Shown in pieces: positions 47,806-59,000 of a stretch of DNA of 64,000 bases (its first letter is position 1; every line of letters starts with the position of its first letter). The notes beneath the pieces are model-generated. The model saw only the letters and a list, made by a program, of their open reading frames with translations, searched no databases and had not been told where the DNA came from. Source of the stretch: Thermodesulfobacteriota bacterium (GTDB lineage Bacteria; Desulfobacterota; Binatia; Bin18); the NCBI GenBank assembly GCA_964291405.2, contig OZ219926.1, positions 3,680,001 to 3,744,000 of the forward strand, in the 5' to 3' direction. A program made the position numbers and the translations under genes.

Positions 47806-49392
47806 ATGCCCATTCGTATCCTTCCTCCTGACGTCCAGCAAAAGATCGCCGCCGGTGAGGTGGTGGAACGCCCGGCCAGCGTTGTCAAAGAACTCATGGA
47901 GAACGCCCTGGATGCTGGAGCGCAGACTATCAGGGTGGAGGTCGAGGAGGCTGGACGACGGCTGATTCGTGTCACCGACGATGGTGCAGGCTTGGCCGCG
48001 GACGAAGTCGCGCTCGCGTGTGAACGCTTTGCTACCAGCAAGATTCAGCACGACCATGACCTGACCCGCGTCCAGACCTTTGGCTTTCGCGGAGAGGCCT
48101 TACCCAGCATTGCCGCGATCTCACGGCTGCGGATTCTGAGTCGTCCCACAAGCACGTCATTGGGAGTGGAAGTCAAAAGTGAGGGCGGCAAACTGAGTCC
48201 CGTTCAGGAGGCCGGAGCGCCGGCTGGAACCTGTGTTGAGGTCTCTGACCTGTTTTACAATACGCCGGCTCGCTTGCAGTTTATGCGTAGTTTGCGGACT
48301 GAGTACGGCCACATCATGGGCGTGTTCACACGCTTTGCCCTAGCCTTCCCGGAGAAAACCCTCTCACTGTCGTTTGATGGACGCGAGGTCTACAACTTTC
48401 CGTCCGTTCCGTTCCAGGAGCGGGTTGCTGCCTGCTTTGGCGTTGAGACCGCCTCCCGCCTGGAGGAGTTTGAGAATACGGGTCTGAACGGCCGTGTCTG
48501 GGGATTTCTGGTGACACAGGAGGAAGCCTGGCGCCGCCGCTACTACTTTTTTGTGAATAGGCGGGCCGTGCGTAACGCCACCCTGTATCGGGTCGTGCGT
48601 GACACCCTCGGCAACGACGGCGGCATGGTGTGCCTGTTCGTCGAACTGCACCCCTCCCAACTGAACGTAAATATCCATCCCGCCAAGACCGAGGTGCGCT
48701 TTCGAGATGACCCAAGTGTGTATGATCTGGTTCGAGGTGGTCTCCAACGCCGTTCCGCACCAAGCTGGCTTTCGGCTTCGCAGGTTGCTGAAGACGGGGC
48801 GCCGTATGGGGAAGAACAGAGCACTGGCTTCTCTCCGGTCGGCCAGGTAGAAACCACCTTCCTGCTGACTTTATCCGAAGGACATTTGTATCTGCTGGAT
48901 CAACACGCTGCCGAAGAACGCGTGCTGTACGAACGGCTTCAAAATGGTGAGGTTCAGAGCCGGCCCCTCATCTCGCCTCAAGTCGTCCAACTTTCAGCCG
49001 AAGAACATGCTTTCTTTGATGAGCAGGCTGAAGCATTTGCCGCGTGTGGTTTCAGCGCCGAACTCTTTGGCCCGCATGTGCTGGCTCTCCGTGCGATTCC
49101 TGAATTTCTTGACCCGAGAACGTCGGGGCTGACCTTCTCCCGTCTGGTCACGCGTGTGCGCACTCAAAAAGAAGAGCTGCATCAAGCCCTCTCCTGTCTC
49201 GGCGCGATCAAAGCCGGCCAGGTACTCGACCGTGAAGCGCAAGGCCGACTCCTCGACGCTTGGACCCAAACGGCCAACCCCCACGCCTGCGCCCATAACC
49301 GCCCGGTGTATTTCCGTCTATCACTCGACGAAGTAAGGCGAAAAGTTGGCCGAACAGGCTTGGGTTGTGGGTTTGAGAAGGAAAGCGACTAA
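47806..49392 (+). CDS. mutL: DNA mismatch repair protein MutL (compact)
   Basis: IAAGEVVERPASVVKEL.ENALDAGA, GFRGEAL, DQHAAEER endonuclease motif. Confidence 0.92.
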   Translation: MPIRILPPDVQQKIAAGEVVERPASVVKELMENALDAGAQTIRVEVEEAGRRLIRVTDDGAGLAADEVALACERFATSKIQHDHDLTRVQTFGFRGEALPSIAAISRLRILSRPTSTSLGVEVKSEGGKLSPVQEAGAPAGTCVEVSDLFYNTPARLQFMRSLRTEYGHIMGVFTRFALAFPEKTLSLSFDGREVYNFPSVPFQERVAACFGVETASRLEEFENTGLNGRVWGFLVTQEEAWRRRYYFFVNRRAVRNATLYRVVRDTLGNDGGMVCLFVELHPSQLNVNIHPAKTEVRFRDDPSVYDLVRGGLQRRSAPSWLSASQVAEDGAPYGEEQSTGFSPVGQVETTFLLTLSEGHLYLLDQHAAEERVLYERLQNGEVQSRPLISPQVVQLSAEEHAFFDEQAEAFAACGFSAELFGPHVLALRAIPEFLDPRTSGLTFSRLVTRVRTQKEELHQALSCLGAIKAGQVLDREAQGRLLDAWTQTANPHACAHNRPVYFRLSLDEVRRKVGRTGLGCGFEKESD

Positions 49393-49459
49393 TTTTAAGG
49401 CTGTCGTAGCAGGGCTGAGCGAGTGGGCGTTTAAGGAAGTGGGACAAATGAGACCCGCC

Positions 49460-49897
49460 TCAAGGGAGATGTTCAAGGTCGTCTAGGTCCTTAAACTCTC
49501 CAATTGCTCGCTTATTCTTTTTCAAGTGTTGCAGGCTAATGAGAGCGACTTCTACCCCATCTAATGTGTCGATAATGCGCTCTGAGTAACACTCTTCAAA
49601 ATCCATCCCTGATATGGAAGTCAGGATCTCGATACGCATCGAGGGTTTCACGATCTTTTTTTCCTGTAAAAGAAATTCTTCTGAAAGACGTGGAGGCGCA
49701 AATCCGAACTCTTGTAAGGCCGTCACAATTTTGGTGGCGTTTTCTGGAGTACGCGCAATCCAGATATCGAGGTCATCGGTCGGTCGTGAATATCCATGAT
49801 ATACGACTGCATAACCGCCAATGAGCAGATACTCACAATTGTGAGAGTTGAACAATTTCAAGAACTCTTTGAACTCGGGCGGTAGTGCAATCTCCAT
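49460..49897 (-). CDS. Nucleotidyltransferase-like protein (DUF6036-like)
   Basis: YLLIGGYAV..HG..R.T.DLD, NK...G..KDL.D. Confidence 0.8.
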   Translation of the reverse strand: MEIALPPEFKEFLKLFNSHNCEYLLIGGYAVVYHGYSRPTDDLDIWIARTPENATKIVTALQEFGFAPPRLSEEFLLQEKKIVKPSMRIEILTSISGMDFEECYSERIIDTLDGVEVALISLQHLKKNKRAIGEFKDLDDLEHLP

Positions 49898-49980
49898 AAT
49901 TAATCTGGCGGAACGCTTCTGACATGCTGTAGTCGCTCATGAGGAGAGTGGGAGTTCTCCTCTAACGAGAAAGCTACCTC
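49893..49980 (-). pseudogene. Frameshifted remnant of the small upstream partner gene
   Basis: SPHERLQHV, +1 frameshift, EAFRQINYG, resembling the small proteins found upstream of this nucleotidyltransferase family. Confidence 0.4.
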
Positions 49981-50074
49981 TAGCTCTTTGACTGATCGGC
50001 ACCGGCTGAAGGCAATGCGGCTCGCTTTACGCCAGCTCAGCAATTCGGCATATGCCGAACCTGAATCAACACCC

Positions 50075-51082
50075 TCACCCCATCCGCTTGGGATCGGGCT
50101 GCATATGGCCCAGAATCGGGTGCGGCCGGTAGGGCTCTTCCAGGGTGGCCACTTCTTCCGGACTGAGCTTGATATCGACCGTCTCAAAGATTTCCTTGAG
50201 ATGATGCGTCTTGGTCGCACCAATGATGGGGGAGACCACTCCGGGTGCCTGGAGAACCCAGGCGCAGGCAATCTGAGTCGGTGACACGCCGCGTTCTTGG
50301 GCGACTTTCCCTACGGCGGTGGCCACTTCCTCGTCGCTGTCGTTGAAATACATCCGGCGTGTCATCGGATCGGTTTGCGCCCGCTTGGTCGGACCTTCTC
50401 CCTCTACTTTCGTGCGGTTGCCGGCAAAATAGCCGCGCGCGAGCGGACTCCACGGAATCAGCGCGACACCCTGGTCTATGCACAACGGGTTCATTTCGCG
50501 CTCTTCTTCGCGGTAGATCAGGTTATAGTGGTTCTGCATGGCGACAAACCGATGCCAGCCGTGCTCTTTGGCCGCGTAGAGCGCCTTGGAGAACTGCCAG
50601 GCGGCCATGCTGCTGGCTCCGAGGTAGCGCACCTTGCCGGCGCGGACGAGGCTATCAAGCGCTTCGAGCGTTTCTTCAATCGGCGTGGAAAAGTCCCAGC
50701 GGTGAATCTGGTACAGGTCGATATAGTCCATTTTAAGGCGGCGTAGAGAATGTTCACAGGCTTCGATGATGTGTTTACGGCTCAACCCCCGTCGGTTCGG
50801 GCCATCGCCCATGGGCCCGTTGACCTTGGTCGCCAGGACGATATCGTCGCGTGAAGCCATCTCACCCAGCCATTTGCCGGTGATCTCCTCGCTCACGCCA
50901 ATCGAGTAGACATCTGCGGTATCAAAAAAGGTAATGCCCGATTCAAGGGCGAGCGCGAAGTGTTCTCGCGCCGCGTCTTCCCCGATGGTCCACTTGCGCC
51001 ATTTGCCGTCCCCGTAGCTCATACACCCCATGCAGATGCGCGAAACCGTCATGCCCGTATTCCCAAGCTTTGCATACTCCAT
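50075..51082 (-). CDS. Aldo/keto reductase
   Basis: FDTADVYS.G.SEE, LATK, DYIDLYQIHR, PWSPLARG. Confidence 0.95.
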   Translation of the reverse strand: MEYAKLGNTGMTVSRICMGCMSYGDGKWRKWTIGEDAAREHFALALESGITFFDTADVYSIGVSEEITGKWLGEMASRDDIVLATKVNGPMGDGPNRRGLSRKHIIEACEHSLRRLKMDYIDLYQIHRWDFSTPIEETLEALDSLVRAGKVRYLGASSMAAWQFSKALYAAKEHGWHRFVAMQNHYNLIYREEEREMNPLCIDQGVALIPWSPLARGYFAGNRTKVEGEGPTKRAQTDPMTRRMYFNDSDEEVATAVGKVAQERGVSPTQIACAWVLQAPGVVSPIIGATKTHHLKEIFETVDIKLSPEEVATLEEPYRPHPILGHMQPDPKRMG

Positions 51083-51210
51083 GCTTTCTCCAATCTGGTT
51101 TTGACTCCTGTTACACTTGTCCACGGTGCGTCTTCTGTCAAGCGGACGAAAGAGCCAGGGGGTAGTCAGGATTTGCAGGAAGCCAATATCCTGTTAGGAA
51201 AATTATCGAG

Positions 51211-51534
51211 ATGGCCGTTGAGATGAAAAGTATAGAGGAGCTGGCTGCTCGAATTGTGCGAGAATTCCGGCCAGAGCGAGTGATCTTATTTGGATCGCAC
51301 GCGTACGGAACACCTACGGCTCAGTCAGATGTGGACCTGCTCGTCGTCCTCCGCCATGAGGGGAAAGGAACTCGCAAGGCCGTGGAGATACTCAATGCGA
51401 TCAATCCTACGATTCCCGTCGACTTACTCGTCCACACTCCGGAGCGGCTTACTCGACGTCTGGCTCAGCATGACTTTTTTCTCCAGGAGGTGATGGAGAA
51501 AGGGCGCGTTCTGTATGAAGCCTCTCACCCGTGA
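51211..51534 (+). CDS. Minimal nucleotidyltransferase (MNT antitoxin)
   Basis: LFGSHAYG....SDVDLLV. Confidence 0.9.
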   Translation: MAVEMKSIEELAARIVREFRPERVILFGSHAYGTPTAQSDVDLLVVLRHEGKGTRKAVEILNAINPTIPVDLLVHTPERLTRRLAQHDFFLQEVMEKGRVLYEASHP

Positions 51535-51784
51535 ATGGGTGGAGAAAGCAGAAGGAGATTTTGCGACAGCTTCCCGTGAGCTGCGCGCGCGGAAGTCTCC
51601 AAACTACGATGCCGCGTGCTTCCATGCTCAACAATGTATAGAGAAATATCTCAAGGCCCGTCTTCAAGAGGCAGATATCGCCTTTGGGAGAACCCACAAT
51701 CTCAAAGAAGATGCCCGCGAGGCGTTGACTCTGTGCCGGACGGTACGCCGTCGGATTCGGTATGATTTGGGGATTGATCCATAG
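51515..51784 (+). pseudogene. HEPN protein with probable internal in-frame deletion
   Basis: EW..KAE.D, ACFHAQQCIEKYLKA, RTHNL joined directly to EDAREAL; the usual YAV..RYP segment is missing; only 89 aa. Confidence 0.65.
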
Positions 51785-51866
51785 GCGTCGTGATTGTATT
51801 CCGATCAATCCATGTTCCACTATCTTTTCAACCGTGGGATTCATCGACACATGAAGGAGAGCAGAC

Positions 51867-52892
51867 ATGACCATCACCGAACATACCGTCAAAACCGACA
51901 GGCATACGACTTTTTATCTGGCTGCTGGTCCTGAGGACGGGCCGCTTGTCATCTTCGCCCACGGCTGGCCCGAGCTCTCGATAAGCTGGCGGCACCAACT
52001 GCCCGCTTTAGCTGCGCTGGGGTTTCGGACCGTAGCGCCGGACATGCGCGGCTATGGCCGGTCGTCTGTGTATGGGCAACACAGCGATTACGCCCAAGAG
52101 CAGATCGTCCGCGACATGCTGGAGTTGATAGACGCACTGGGGCAGGAAAAAGCCGTCTGGGTCGGCCATGATTGGGGCAGTCCGGTGGTGTGGAATATGG
52201 CAAGTCACCATCCGGACCGGTGTCATGCGGTCGCCAATCTGTGTGTCCCCTACTACACCCTTGAGCGCGGGCTTGAGCACACGCTGACCCTGGTGGACCG
52301 AGACCTCTATCCTGAAGATGAGTATCCTGCCGGGCAGTGGGATTATATGCGCTACTACGAGGAGAGTTTTACCGAGTCCATCGCCCCGATGGATGCTCAG
52401 GCCTACCGATTCGTCAAACTGCTGTTTCGGAAAGGGAACCCCGAAGGCGAGGGTAAGCCGGCCATCACCTCAACCGCACGACGCGATCGTAGTATGCTCG
52501 GTATGGCTGAGATCCCTGATTTGCCACGTGATGTCGATGTGGTCACCGAAGAGGACTTGCGCATCTATGCCTCTGCGCTCGAACGTAACGGGTTCTTCGG
52601 CCCCTCTTCGTGGTATATGAATCATCCGGTCAACACGGCCTACGCCGAGACTGCACACAACGACGGCTATCTCGATATGCCGGTGTTGTTTCTGACCGCC
52701 CAATACGACTTTGTGTGTGAATGCGTTCACTCACGCCTGGCCGAGCCGATGCGTACCTACTGCCGAGACCTGTCCGAAGAGACGATCCGCTCCGGCCATT
52801 GGATGGCCCAGGAAAAGCCGGCGGAAGTTAATGCCGCTTTAGTGAAATGGCTTGCGACCACGGTCCCGACAATCTGGCCGCGACCGCGGTGA
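51867..52892 (+). CDS. Epoxide hydrolase-like alpha/beta hydrolase
   Basis: HGWPE, PDMRGYG, GHDWG, GHW..QE.P. Confidence 0.9.
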   Translation: MTITEHTVKTDRHTTFYLAAGPEDGPLVIFAHGWPELSISWRHQLPALAALGFRTVAPDMRGYGRSSVYGQHSDYAQEQIVRDMLELIDALGQEKAVWVGHDWGSPVVWNMASHHPDRCHAVANLCVPYYTLERGLEHTLTLVDRDLYPEDEYPAGQWDYMRYYEESFTESIAPMDAQAYRFVKLLFRKGNPEGEGKPAITSTARRDRSMLGMAEIPDLPRDVDVVTEEDLRIYASALERNGFFGPSSWYMNHPVNTAYAETAHNDGYLDMPVLFLTAQYDFVCECVHSRLAEPMRTYCRDLSEETIRSGHWMAQEKPAEVNAALVKWLATTVPTIWPRPR

Positions 52893-52899
52893 GGCCGGA

Positions 52900-53226
52900 C
52901 TATTCCTGCTGTTCAAAAACCTCGTTGGCGATGCCGGCGGCCGTCATGGCTGCCGGCCAGCCGGAGTAAAACGCCAGGTGTGTAATCAGCTCTCCGATCT
53001 CTTCCTGGGTGACGCCGTTATCTAAGGCGCGCTGGAGATGCGGACGGAGCTGTTGGGGGCGGTAGGTGGACATGAGGGTCGCCACGGTGATGAGGCTGCG
53101 GTCACGCTTGGATAAACCTGGACGCTCCCAAACATCACCAAATAGAACTTTCTCGGTCAGGTCAATCAGCTTGGGCGCCACTTTCCGGGCTTTTTCCCGC
53201 ATGGTTGCGGCAGGTGCATTTGCCAT
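52900..53226 (-). CDS. Carboxymuconolactone decarboxylase family protein
   Basis: LFGDVWERPGLSKRDRSLIT, HLAFYSGWP. Confidence 0.9.
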   Translation of the reverse strand: MANAPAATMREKARKVAPKLIDLTEKVLFGDVWERPGLSKRDRSLITVATLMSTYRPQQLRPHLQRALDNGVTQEEIGELITHLAFYSGWPAAMTAAGIANEVFEQQE

Positions 53227-53431
53227 AACGTCCTCCTCGGCTGAGTAGAGTGTTGGTCAGGAGTAGCATCTCACCACTCTGCCGGCCAGACTGGGCCGTC
53301 AGCACTGCTGAGCTTTTCCGTACTTTGAGTAAAGGAGTGCCAGATCGGCAGGACTGGAAAACGTCCCAGAACGCTGGAGTGCAAGAGAAACCGGCTGGAG
53401 TCAATTCCGCTCTGTCTTACGTGACGACCCG

Positions 53432-54001
53432 TTACCTGCTCCTCGCGACCCGAGTCATAAAATCCCGGTCTAATTCCAACCTTTCATCCGCTACGAGCCA
53501 AAGTTCGTGCGCGGGTGTTCGGCCGTGAAAAAGCCATACTGAGATTCCCTCTTGTTTCGCTACCTCGACAGCGGGCAGGAAATCACTATCCCCTGCGACT
53601 AAGACTGCATGTGTTATCGTACGCTTACTGCTGAGAAGGGCAAAATCAAGACCGAGTAACAAATCGGTACGCTTTTGTTGGAAGATAGGCTTATCGTTAT
53701 TATCAAACCCTCGATGTGCCAATCTGCCTTCTCTCACTTGGAAGCGCTCAATACGGCCTAAGCGGTCGAAGAATTTACGTTTGTTTGCAAATCGCTCCCT
53801 TTCATAGTCAGTGGGAGGATTACTCTGGTAGGGAAGGCAGTCATAGTAGTAAGTCCGCAATAAGTCTATGGCGTTTGGGGTCTTACTCGAAACGGTAGAG
53901 ACTATTTCCTTCACAAACTTAACGTAGTCGACCCAAGTGCTAAATTCTCTTGCTATTTTGTCGATATACCCACCGTCTATGAAAGTCGCTAGTCGGGACA
54001 T
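53432..54001 (-). CDS. NYN/LabA-DUF88 (PIN-like) nuclease; lower GC than host
   Basis: FIDGGY, YYYD, QKRTDLL, VAGDSDFLP. Confidence 0.9.
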   Translation of the reverse strand: MSRLATFIDGGYIDKIAREFSTWVDYVKFVKEIVSTVSSKTPNAIDLLRTYYYDCLPYQSNPPTDYERERFANKRKFFDRLGRIERFQVREGRLAHRGFDNNDKPIFQQKRTDLLLGLDFALLSSKRTITHAVLVAGDSDFLPAVEVAKQEGISVWLFHGRTPAHELWLVADERLELDRDFMTRVARSR

Positions 54002-54019
54002 AAGCTGTTAGTGAGAAAA

Positions 54020-54191
54020 GGACGTATAAAAGCAATAAGCCGAAGAGACAAGTTTCTTCGGCTTATTAACTCAGAGTTTTGATAGGCTGACCTGACATGC
54101 CGTCTGAGGACAGTGCCCATTGCCTTCCTTACCCATATCGGGTCAATGGTGGATAATGGTTCTGCTGCCAGAAGGGACGCCAGGGGGTATT
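54020..54191 (-). ncRNA. Candidate structured leader/small RNA upstream of NYN gene 2
   Basis: Stems CCATTG/CAATGG enclosing ACCC/GGGT, CTCAGA/TCTGAG, and a perfect 13-bp hairpin 54034-54067 followed by GCTTTT. Confidence 0.45.
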
Positions 54192-54264
54192 CTTGAAAAT
54201 ATAAGTAACTCGGTTTGATCCGCCCGTCAACAGGGATCTGTCTCCTGAAGAATACGCACGGGGT

Positions 54265-55449
54265 TTACGCGACCTCAAACAGTCCGGCTGCGCCCATGCC
54301 GCCACCCACACACATGGTGATGACGACGTTCTTCGCGCCGCGCCGTTTGCCTTCGATCAGCGCGTGGCCGACCATGCGTGAGCCACTCATCCCGTAGGGA
54401 TGACCGATCGAGATGGACCCGCCGTTCACGTTCAGCCGTTCGTCCGGAATGCCGAGCCTGTCCCGGCAGTAGATGACTTGACAGGCGAAGGCTTCGTTCA
54501 GTTCCCACAGGTCGATATCGTCCATAGTCAGGCCGTTGCGTTCGAGCAGCTTGGGAACGGCAAAGACCGGACCAATCCCCATTTCGTCCGGCTCGCAGCC
54601 GGCAACAGCCATGCCACGATACACCCCCAAGGGCTGGAGCCCTCGTTGTTCGGCCTGCTTACGCTCCATCAGCACGCAGACCGAGACCCCGTCCGACAAC
54701 TGGCTGGCATTCCCGGCGGTAATAAAGCCACCCTCTCCCATGACCGGCCGCAGTGCGGCTAAACCGGCCGCGTTCGTACTCGGACGGTTACATTCGTCCC
54801 GCTCAAGGGTCATTTCCTGGCGCGTGGTCTCGCCCGTCTCTTTGTCGGTGAACAGCTTGGTGACGGTGCACGGAATGATCTCGTCATCGAATCGTCCGGC
54901 CTGTTGACCGGCAGCGGTACGCTGCTGGCTCTGGAGGGCATATTCATCCTGTGCTTCCCGCGAGATATTGTAGCGTTTCGAGACGACCTCCGCGGTGTCG
55001 ATCATGGCCATATACAGGTCCGGGGCTTTCTCTAGGGCCACGGCGTCTTCATTGCGATATTCGTTCTGATGGTCGTTCTGGACGAGGCTGATCGACTCCA
55101 AACCACCGGCCACCACGGTCTGCATGCCATCGGCCACAATCTGTTTGGCCGCCATGGAAACGCTCATCAGCCCCGAGGAACACTGACGATCAATGGTCTG
55201 GCCGGAGACAGAGACCGGCAACCCTGCGGCGATGCCGCACTGCCGAGCCACATTATAGCCCTGGGTGCCTTCCTGGAGCGCGGCGCCCATGATCAGATCG
55301 TCGATTTCGCCAGTCTCCACTTTGGCCCGACGGATGGCTTCCTGAATAATCGGTGCAGCCATGGTCGGGGTCGTGGTGTCATTAAACGCGCCACGATATG
55401 CCTTGCCAATCGGCGTTCGGGCAGTCGATACGATGACAGCTTCTCGCAT
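54265..55449 (-). CDS. Acetyl-CoA C-acyltransferase (thiolase)
   Basis: RQCSSG, NEAFA, GHPYG, CVGGGMG. Confidence 0.95.
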   Translation of the reverse strand: MREAVIVSTARTPIGKAYRGAFNDTTTPTMAAPIIQEAIRRAKVETGEIDDLIMGAALQEGTQGYNVARQCGIAAGLPVSVSGQTIDRQCSSGLMSVSMAAKQIVADGMQTVVAGGLESISLVQNDHQNEYRNEDAVALEKAPDLYMAMIDTAEVVSKRYNISREAQDEYALQSQQRTAAGQQAGRFDDEIIPCTVTKLFTDKETGETTRQEMTLERDECNRPSTNAAGLAALRPVMGEGGFITAGNASQLSDGVSVCVLMERKQAEQRGLQPLGVYRGMAVAGCEPDEMGIGPVFAVPKLLERNGLTMDDIDLWELNEAFACQVIYCRDRLGIPDERLNVNGGSISIGHPYGMSGSRMVGHALIEGKRRGAKNVVITMCVGGGMGAAGLFEVA

Positions 55450-55567
55450 AGCAATCTCCTCCTCAGTATTTTACGCTATCGGCAAGTCTTAGCAGTTCCC
55501 ACCCCTTCCTCCAACTGGCGCACGATCTTTTCTCCTGCGGGTGGGGTACTCAGGAAGGAGACCCACG

Positions 55568-55999
55568 ATGTCTGATGTCGGGCTGACGCATATCGCGCTT
55601 CCGGTCACCAACATGGAGGTGAGCCTTGCCTTCTATGCGGCCTATGCCCGTATGCGGGTTGTCCATCGCCGGACCGATCCAGATGGGACACAGGTCGCTT
55701 GGCTGAGTGACCGGACACGCCCCTTTGTGATTGTCCTCATCCAGTCGCCTCGGGTGGACGCTCCCTTGCTGCCCCTTGCCCATCTCGGCGTCGGCTGTGC
55801 AACCCGCCAGGAAGTCGATGCTCTGTGTGAACAAGCGCGGCAGGCCGGCTGTTTGCGTCTGGGACCGACCGATTCAGGCTATCCGATCGGCTACTGGGCC
55901 TTCCTGTCCGACCCGGACGGACACACCCTTGAAATTGCCCATGGACAAGAGGTTGCCCTCACCGTCGCCAGAGCCCCAGAGAAAGACAATTCGTCCTGA
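55568..55999 (+). CDS. VOC/glyoxalase family protein
   Basis: THIAL, HLG, DPDGHTLE; AGGAG RBS. Confidence 0.85.
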   Translation: MSDVGLTHIALPVTNMEVSLAFYAAYARMRVVHRRTDPDGTQVAWLSDRTRPFVIVLIQSPRVDAPLLPLAHLGVGCATRQEVDALCEQARQAGCLRLGPTDSGYPIGYWAFLSDPDGHTLEIAHGQEVALTVARAPEKDNSS

Positions 56000-56052
56000 C
56001 ACGCCGTACCGGATCTTTTCCGCGTATGCCAACCGCGCTGGCCTTGGAAGCG

Positions 56053-59000
56053 CTACCCGGTTCCATCCAGCGGCCCAAAGCCGCCCCCGCCCGGCGTTTG
56101 CATGACAAAGACGTCGCCCGGCTGCATCAGGGTTTCATCGCTGCCGGCGAGTTCTTCAATGCTCCCATCTACGCGCTCGACCGTATCACGACCTCGCTCT
56201 CCGGCCTGACCGCCGGCCAGTCCATACGGTTCGGTCAGGCGGTGGCTGCATAAGGTGGTGACGATCATGGATTCCAAAAACCGCAACCGCCGGGTAATCC
56301 CCGCGCCGCCCGGCTGCTGTCCCCCGCCGCCAGAACCGTGGCGGATGGCAAAACTTTCAACGCGCACCGGAAAACGCCACTCCAACACCTCGGGGTCGGT
56401 CATGCGCGTATTGGTCATATGACTATGCACCGCGTCGCAGCCCGGATGGTCAGGACCGGCACCGGTGCCGCCGCATATGGTTTCGTAGTTTTGGTACTGC
56501 TCGTTGCCATACACAAAATTGTTGACCGTGCCCTGCGACGAGGCGAGCACCCCGAGCGCGCCGTACAGGGCGTCTGTGACGCATTGAGAGACTTCCGTAT
56601 TGCCGGCGATAACCGCAGCGGGGTATTTCGGACTGATGATGGAGTGCGGCGGGATAATGATATCGAGCGGTTTCAGACAGCCCTCGTTCAGCGGAATCGC
56701 GTCAGCCACCAGGGTCCGAAAAACGTACAGGACCGCAGCCTTACACACCGCCGCGGGCGCGTTGTAGTTGCCGCTGTGCTGAGAAGAAGTACCACTGAAA
56801 TCGATGCTGGCTCGGCGGGCCGATTTGTCCACTCGAATGCTGACCCGAATCTGACAACCGTTGTCCATGGGATAGGTGAACGTGCCATCTGTGAGGACAT
56901 CGAGCACGCGGCGCACGGACTCTGCGGCATTATCCTGGACATGCTGCATATAGGCGTGCACGACCTCGATACCAAAGTGCTCGACCATTTTCCTGAGTTC
57001 CTGTACGCCGGTTTCGTTGGCCGCGAGCTGGGCGCGCAGGTCTGCCATGTTCTGGTCAGGATTCCGGCAGGGATACGCGCCCGAACCCAGCAGTTGTCGC
57101 ATCTCCTGTTCGCGCAGCCGGCCCTGGCGAACAAAGAGAAAATTGTCGATCAGTACGCCCTCCTGGTGAATAGTGGTGCTGTCCGGTGGGGCCGAGCCTG
57201 GGGTGCGTCCGCCGATATCGGCATGATGCCCGCGTGAGCCCACATAAAACAGAATGCGGTCAGCACGGGTGGTATCAAACACGGGCGTAATGACCGTCAC
57301 ATCCGGGAGATGCGTGCCGCCGTTATAGGGGGCATTCAGGACATAGGCATCACCGGGCCGCATTGTCCCCTGATTGGCCTTGATGACGGTTTTAATCGAC
57401 TCGCCCATGGAACCCAGATGGACCGGAACGTGCGGGGCATTGGCGACCAGACTCCCGTCCGGGGCGAAGATGGCGCACGAGAAATCCAGCCGTTCTTTGA
57501 TATTCACCGAGTAGGCCGTATTGGCCAGCGTCGCGCCCATTTGCTCGGCGACCGACATAAAGAGGTTGTTAAACACCTCCAACATCACCGGGTCGGCCGC
57601 GGTGCCAATCGCCGCTTGGTGTGATTTCGGTTTCGTGCGGGTCAGGAGCAGATGGCCATAGCGGTTCAGCTCGGCCTGCCACTCCGGCTCAACCACCGTG
57701 GTTGCCGTGGGCTCACAAATAATGGCGGGGCCGGGAATGCGTTGGCTCGGTTGAAGATGTTCACGCTGGAATACCGGTGTGTTCTGCCAAGCGCCGTCCA
57801 TATATGCCCGGACCTGCTGAAGCGGTTGTGCCGTGTTGTCCTTATCCGCTGGCAGCTCGGTGTCATCAACCTGCTCCGTTGTGCCGACCGCTTCGACCGA
57901 GACCGCCTCGGCGACCAGTTGTCGTCCCTCGACGATAAAGCCGAAGCGCTGCTTATGGGTGGTCTCAAACACGGTTCGCATATCGTCGAGGTCGGACAAG
58001 TCCACTTGTAAAGCAGTGTCAGTTCCCTGGTAGCGCAGATGAACCCGTTTATGCAGGGTGAGGCGATCGGCAGACACGCCTTGCGCAAGAATTTCGTTGC
58101 TGGCCTCGTCGCCGAGTTCCGCACAAGCCGTTTCCAATACGGGTATGGCTGAGGCTGCAAGCAGCAGCTCGATCTGTCGCTCGCGCAGCGCCCGCACGTC
58201 TGCCAGACCCATCCCGTAGGCCGATAACACTCCGGCAAATGGATGGAGAAAGACCGTTTTCATGCCTAGCGCATCCGCGACCAGACAAGCGTGCTGGCCG
58301 GCGGCTCCACCAAAACAGTTCAGGGTATACTCCGTCACATCGTAGCCGCGCTGAACAGAGATTTTTTTGATGGCGTTCGCCATGTTTTCCACGGCAATGC
58401 GCAGAAAGCCGGCAGCTACGGCCTCAGGCGACTGGACGGCATTGCCCGTGGCGCCGGTGATCTCTTGGGCGAAGGCTCCGAACTTTTCTCGAACGATTTG
58501 CACGTCCAAGGCTTGATCCGCGTTTGGGCCAAATACTGCGGGGAAAAAGGCCGCTTGCAGCTTGCCCAGCATGACGTTGCAGTCGGTCACGGTAAGTGGG
58601 CCGCCGCGCTGATAGCACGCCGGCCCGGGGTCTGCGCCGGCCGAGTCCGGGCCAACCCGAAAACGGGCACCATCAAAGTGCAGGATAGAACCCCCGCCCG
58701 CCGCGACGGTGTGGATATGCATCATTGGGGCGCGCATGCGGACGCCAGCAACCAGAGTCTCAAGCGTCCGCTCATATTCGCCGTCATAATGCGATACATC
58801 GGTCGAGGTGCCGCCCATATCGAAGCCGATAACTTTGCGAAAACCCGCCATCGACGCGGTCCGGACCATGCCGATCACCCCACCGGCCGGTCCGGATAAA
58901 ATACTGTCCTTGCCCTGAAACAGGTGGGCATCGGTCAGGCCGCCGTTCGACTGCATGAACATCAGCTTGGGACCAGACTGGCGCTCCGCCTCGAGTTCTC

